DNA of 64,000 nt from assembly GCF_018977255.1 (NCBI RefSeq), contig NW_024704742.1, forward strand, positions 104,720,001 to 104,784,000, in the 5' to 3' direction. Source of the stretch: Callorhinchus milii (taxonomy: Eukaryota). Under the pieces are notes generated by a model. The model saw only the letters and a list, made by a program, of their open reading frames with translations. It was not told the origin of the DNA and did no database searches. Both the position numbers and the translations under genes were made by a program. Positions 58,560-64,000 of the stretch are shown piece after piece (position 1 is the first letter of the stretch; the number at the start of each line of letters is the position of its first letter).

Positions 58560-59500
58560 ATCTACACACAGAATGGTTGAAATGTGGAATTATTTGCTAC
58601 AGATCACTGTTAGATTAATTCTACTTAAAAGCAATTAGATAGATGGTTGAGAAAAGGAATATGAAAGGACAGGAGGAACAAGCATGGCTTGAAGAATGGT
58701 AGATTCCATAGGGAAATGTGAGTGATTCACTTTCGTAGGAAGAATAAAAAAGCTAAACTCTGAATCATAGGAACCTGAGAGGGAGATCCAGATTTACAGG
58801 ACTCTAAAATTAGTAGTACAGGTGGACAAAGCCATGAAGAACGCGGAGAGTCGTTGGCTCTATGGCCAGAGGAATAGAGTATAAGAGTAAGGAAATAGAA
58901 TTATAGAATACTATAGCACAGAAGGAGGCCATTCGGCCCTTTGTGCCTGTGTTGGTTCTTTGAAAGAGCTATCCAATTAGCCCCACTCCCCTGCTCTTTC
59001 CCATTGCCTTGCAAATTGTAATGCTAAATTAATATAAAACCATGATAAGACCACATTTGGAGTACTGTATACAGTTCTGGTTGCCACCTTACATGAAAGA
59101 TCAAGCATTAGAGACAGTACAGCATAGGATGTTTCCAGGGTTGAATGCATATTATTAAAAAAGATTGGACAAGAAACTTGCAGCTTTTCTCTCGAGAGTT
59201 GAAACCATTGAGAGGGGACCTGATAGATTATGAAGGATTTGATAAGGTAGGTGTTGATAGCCTTTTTCCACTTGATGGTGAGTCTATAACTGGAGGACAA
59301 AAGTATGATACAGCTAGTAGGAGACCTAATAAGCAGTTTTAGGAACAACTTTGCACGCAGAGAGTGATGAGAATGTGAACTCACTGTCGGAAGCTGTGGT
59401 TGAAGCAAAAAGGATCAATATTTAAGAGAAAACTTGATGCAAACATGAGGGAGAAAGGAACAGATGGGCATAGTTGACACAAATAGGAGGAGTGGGGGCC
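58560..59500 (+). mobile_element. Decayed CR1 fragments, with an antisense CR1 3' end inserted at about 58895-59010
   Basis: RPHLEYCIQFW and LRGDLI remnants. Confidence 0.75.
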
Positions 59501-59531
59501 CGTGAAGTATAAACTTCACATCTTAGTGAAA

Positions 59532-59913
59532 CATATAAGATTCTTAAAGGGCTGGATAAAGTAGACACTGAGGGTCTGTTTCCCCTGGTAGGAGAATCTA
59601 TAACCAGGGATCACAGTCTTAAAATTAAGGGTCAGCCTTTTAGAACAGAGTTGAGGAAACATTTCTTCACTCAGAGGGTAGTGAATTTATGGAATTCACT
59701 ACCCCAGAAGACTGTAGATGCTCAGTCCTTGAACATCTTCAAGGCTGAGACTGATAGATTTTTAAAAAAACAGAGGGATTAGGGGTTCTGGGGATAGGGC
59801 AGGTAATTAGAGTTAGGTCTGAAGATCAGCCATGATCTTATTGAATGGTGGGGCAGACTCGAGGTGCCGAATGGCCTACTCCTGCTCCTAATTCTTATGT
59901 TCTTATGTTCTTA
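59532..59913 (+). mobile_element. CR1 3' end with (TTCTTATG)n tail
   Basis: YKILKGLDKVD, RKHFFTQRVVNLWNSLP peptides and 8-mer tail repeat. Confidence 0.9.
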
Positions 59914-60134
59914 TAAACACTGGCGAGGGTTAATTGGGCTGAATAATATGTTTCCGTGCCATATCATTCTTTGTAACTCTATGTAGATGAGATTAGGTGG
60001 CTCATGGAGAGATAAACAGCAGCACATTCATGAAGGGTCAAATGTCCTTTTCTCTTTTGCAACATTATATGATTCTGTCAAGGGTAGTTGCTATTCTGGG
60101 TCTCGTCAGGCAAATCACACAAGGACCTCACATA

Positions 60135-60736
60135 CATATTAAAGGGGGTTCAGGAGCAGAGAGACCTGGGGGTTCACATACACAGGTCTTTAAAGGTGAC
60201 AGGACAGGTTGATGGAGCTGTTAAAAAAGCATATGGGATCCTTGGTTTTATAAATAGAGGCATAGAGTACAAAAGCAAGGAAGTTCTGCTAAACCTTTAG
60301 ACGTCACTGGTTAGGCCTCCGTTGGAGTATTATGTCCAATTCTGGGCACCACACTTTAGGAAGAATATCAGGGGGTTGGAGAGGGTACAGAGGAGATTTA
60401 CCAGAATGGTACCAGGGATGAGGAACTTTAGTTATGTGGAGAGACTAAAGAAGCTGGGATTGTTCGCCTTACAGCGGAGAAAGTTAAGGGGCGATGTAAT
60501 AGAGGTATTCAAAATTATGAGTGGTTTTGATAGAGTAGAAAGGGAGAAATTGTTTCCACTGGCCAGTGACCAGTAACCAGGGCACATATATTTAAGATAA
60601 TTGGCAAAGAACCAGAGGGGATATGAGATTTTTTTTACATAGAGAGTTGTTACGATCTGGAATGCACTGCCTGAACTGGTGGTGGAATCAGATTCAATAT
60701 CAACTTTCAAAAGGGAATTGGATAGGTATCTGAAAA
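60135..60736 (+). mobile_element. CR1 3' portion, continuing at 62847-62945 after an L2 insertion
   Basis: RDLGVHIH, EYYVQFWAPHF, LERVQRRFTRMVPG; the 3' UTR with CTATGATTCTATGA tail lies beyond the L2. Confidence 0.92.
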
Positions 60737-62846
60737 CGGTCCACCGACGGCCTAACGGTCCACCGACAAATCTGGCTGGACCTCCTCAAAATTTACCGCT
60801 CCACTCTAGCCTCGGCCAAGTCGTCCTTCTACTCCAGGATAATCCTGGAGGCGAAGAACAACCCCAGGCTACTGTTTTCCACCACAACCCGACTCCTCCG
60901 TCCCCCCGCCACCCCGCGCAGGTCATCTCCTCCAACCTTCACTGCGAGGAGATGCTGGATTTCCTTGAATCCAAGATCAAGGGAATCCGCTCCGCGGTCA
61001 CTTCCCCTCCAACTTCCACCCACCACCCACCCCTTCCCTCCCACACTCCGACTCCTACCCATCCTCCCCTACACACCTTCGTACCCGTTTCCCCACCCTC
61101 TGTCACTGAACTCATCCTATCCCTAAAACCAACCACCTGCTCCCTTGACCCCATCCCCACTCCACTCCTTATCTCCCAGCTCCACTTTCTTGCCCCACAT
61201 ATCACTGACATCATCAACCTGTCCCTCTCCTCTGGCTCTGTCCCCATTCCATTAAAAACTGCCATCATCACGCCCACCCTGAAAAAACCCTCCCTTGATG
61301 CGTCGCAGCTATCAAGCTACCGGCCCATCTCCAACCTCCCCTTTCTCTCCAAGGTCTTGGAAAGAGTTGTCGCCTCCCAACTGCGCTCTTTCCTTTCCAC
61401 CCATTCTCTTTTCGAACCCCTTCAGTCAGGTTTCCGTGCTGCCCATAGCACAGAAACTGCCCTGGTCAAGGTCACCAATGATATCCTGACCATCTGTGAC
61501 CAGGGCTCCCTCTGTCTCCTCGTCCTCCTCGACCTATCGGCAGCATTCGATACGGTCGACCACGCTATCCTACTCCACCGCTTGTCCTCCCACCTCAACC
61601 TTCAAGGCACTGTCCTTGAATGGTTTAGGTCGTACCTTTCTCACCGTCTTCACTTTGTCTCGACGAATGGCTTCTCCTCCACCCCCCGCACTGTCTCATG
61701 TGGTGTCCCTCAGGGCTCTGTCCTCGGTCCCCTCCTCTTCACCCTCTATATGCTCCCCCTCGGTGACATCATCCGCAGACATGGAGTTAACTTCCACATG
61801 TATGCGGATGACACCCAACTCTACCTTTCCTCCTCTACTCTCAACTCCACGACCACCGATGTCCTGACAGCTGCCTGTCCGACATCGAGTCCTGGACGAG
61901 AGACAACTTTCTTCAGCTCAACGTGCGAAAAACCGAGGCCCTCCTGATTGGCTCACGTCAGCGCCTCCGCACCTCAGGCGCTGACACCATCAGCATCCAA
62001 GGCTGCACTCTCCACCTCTCAAAGCCAGTCAGGAACCTCGGCGTTTTGTTCGACCCTGAGCTGTCCTTTCTCCCTCACATCCGCACCACAACTGGCACCG
62101 CCTTCCATCACCTCCGGAACATCGCCAGACTACGGCACTACCTCACCCCTCACGCTGCTGAAACCCTGGTTCACGCCTTTGTCACCTCAAGGCTGGACTA
62201 TGGGAACTCTCTCCTCGCCGGCCTTCCCGCCACCTCCCTCCACAAGCTGCAGGTCATTCAGAACTCTGCAGCTCGTGTACTGTCCCGCACCAGGCTTCGG
62301 GACCACATCACTCCCACCCTCGCTCGCCTCCACTGGCTCCCCATCCCCCAGAGGATTGATTTCAAGATCCTCATCCTCACCTACAAGGCCATTCACGGCC
62401 TTGCTCCCTCCTACCTCTCCAACCTACTATCCCCCTACCTACCTGCCCGTACCCTCCGTTCCTCTGGCTCCGGTCTGCTCCACGTCCCCCGCCCCAACCG
62501 CCCTACCATCGGTGGTCGGGCCTTCAGCCTCTCAGCCCCCAGGCTCTGGAACTCCATCCCCCAGTGCCTTCGCCGCTTCCTCCCTTTCCTCCTTCAAGGC
62601 CGGTCTCAAAACCTTTCTCTTTGACCGAGCCTTCAGCTCCCCTCTCGACTCTCTTCCCCCTCCTCGCTCCCTCCCTTCCCTCCCCTCACCCTGACCATTT
62701 CCCCCCTCCTCGTTCCCTCCCTTCCCTCCCCTCACCCTGACCATTTCCCCCCTGCTCGGGTCATGACCCAACTGTGCAGCGCCTTGGGACGTCCTCCTGA
62801 CGTGAAAGGCGCTTTATAAATGGAATCTTGTTGTTGTTGTTGTTGT
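60737..62846 (+). mobile_element. L2 LINE, 5'-truncated, 2.1 kb, near-intact RT domain
   Basis: [46 protein letters not shown]; frameshift near 61870; stem-loop plus (TTG)n tail. Confidence 0.97.
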
Positions 62847-63659
62847 TGAAAAGGAAAAACTGATTGGGAGGCTCTTTCAAAGAGTCGGCACTGGCACGAT
62901 GGGCCAAATCGCCTCCTTCTGTGCTGTAATCTATGATTCTATGATATGTACCTAAACTGTTGGCTTAGTAATTTGTTTTTAACTATCATGCATTTTGACA
63001 GTGTTTTCGCTCACCTTTCCCCACCAACAACTCGGATGGAAGCCAGTCAGCTTTGAGAATTCCTCCTTACATGAAAGGTGCTATAATACATGTAAATTGT
63101 TTTCATTGTTTTACCCCACCATATGATAATTTATTAGTAAATAACATTTTTCCACTAACAATCTGTTCTTTCACTTAAATTAATGCAATTGTTTTCCTCG
63201 GATAGAGATGTCATCCAGTAACTACAAAAGAAAATGTCTTTTTTATGTGATTTATTTGTATTTGAAGGTGAGTAGTGTGACTAGAAAAGTAAAGAGTTCA
63301 GCAGTCTTTTCACAGTCTAGTAGCAGGTTGGTATCAGTAAGTGGTTACAGATATCTAATCCATGGTCCAATCCCCTTACTACCTTGAGAAAAGGATCGTT
63401 TGCTTTCATTTTATCATCACATTCCAGTTTATGCAAATTATCAGTAGGTTGCAAGAAAGCTGAAATACTGAGTGTTTATGCAATTTACAGTCACACTGAA
63501 GCCAGAACAGGGATAACACTCAGCAAAAAAAACTCATGCATTTTGCATCTTTAGCGAACTGAGGCTCAACGTCACTACAAGAGCTTTGTGATTGCTCTAA
63601 GGAACAAAAGTGGACATTTTCTTTCTTCCAGCTTTAGCAATCATTTAAAATGGAGGTGA

Positions 63660-64000
63660 ATAATAATAATAATCATAATTTGATTATAATTTAATCATAA
63701 TGATATAGCGCCTTATCACGCCGTTGGGATGTCTCAAAGCACTTCACAGAATATACTGTAAAGTGAATTGACTGTATATTTTGTGGACCTAACGCAGCAA
63801 CTAATTGCACACAGCACTGTCCCACAAACAGTCGTGGAAAATATTTTTTTAAGCGATTATTACACCGGAAAAGCGACCCACCAATTGACTAACAAACAGG
63901 TTCCTACTTACTGCTATGTAAACAGAGGTGTGTGCGATAAGGAAACTTGTCCAATGTTTCACCCTGCCCAGAAATCGAACCTGGCTCCTTTCGCTTGCTA
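63660..64000 (-). mobile_element. tRNA-derived SINE, long variant, runs off window end
   Basis: Tail, body, extra segment and B box visible. Confidence 0.9.

Noticed and set aside
60679..62694. Long ORFs (422, 233, 248 aa) as a host gene or novel RT system
   Set aside because: Ordinary L2 ORF2, 5'-truncated, frameshifted, lacking the endonuclease domain; overlapping ORFs are alternative frames of C-rich sequence

Overview
Eukaryotic, AT-rich, repeat-dense genomic DNA from a vertebrate. The L2/CR1/Deu-type SINE repertoire suggests a cartilaginous fish, possibly a holocephalan; this is inference. The window holds the last 11 coding exons of a + strand TMEM232 orthologue: join 1081-1186, 3659-3816, 8910-9009, 16020-16183, 21407-21573, 28422-28545, 29834-30053, 37100-37275, 47724-47956, 56312-56405, 57300-57449. 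That is 1692 nt (563 aa plus stop), all introns are GT-AG, and the phases are consistent. The 5' exons lie outside the window. Introns and the 3' flank contain L2 and CR1 LINE fragments, a tRNA(Ala)-like SINE family sharing the L2 3' stem-loop tail, older Deu-domain SINEs, a solo LTR, several MITE-like DNA elements and a decayed PIF/Harbinger transposase between 61-bp inverted repeats. Most ORFs in the supplied track are spurious or LINE-derived. I see no convincing evidence for a wholly new biological system. The most interesting items are mobile-element architecture and RNA-structure features.
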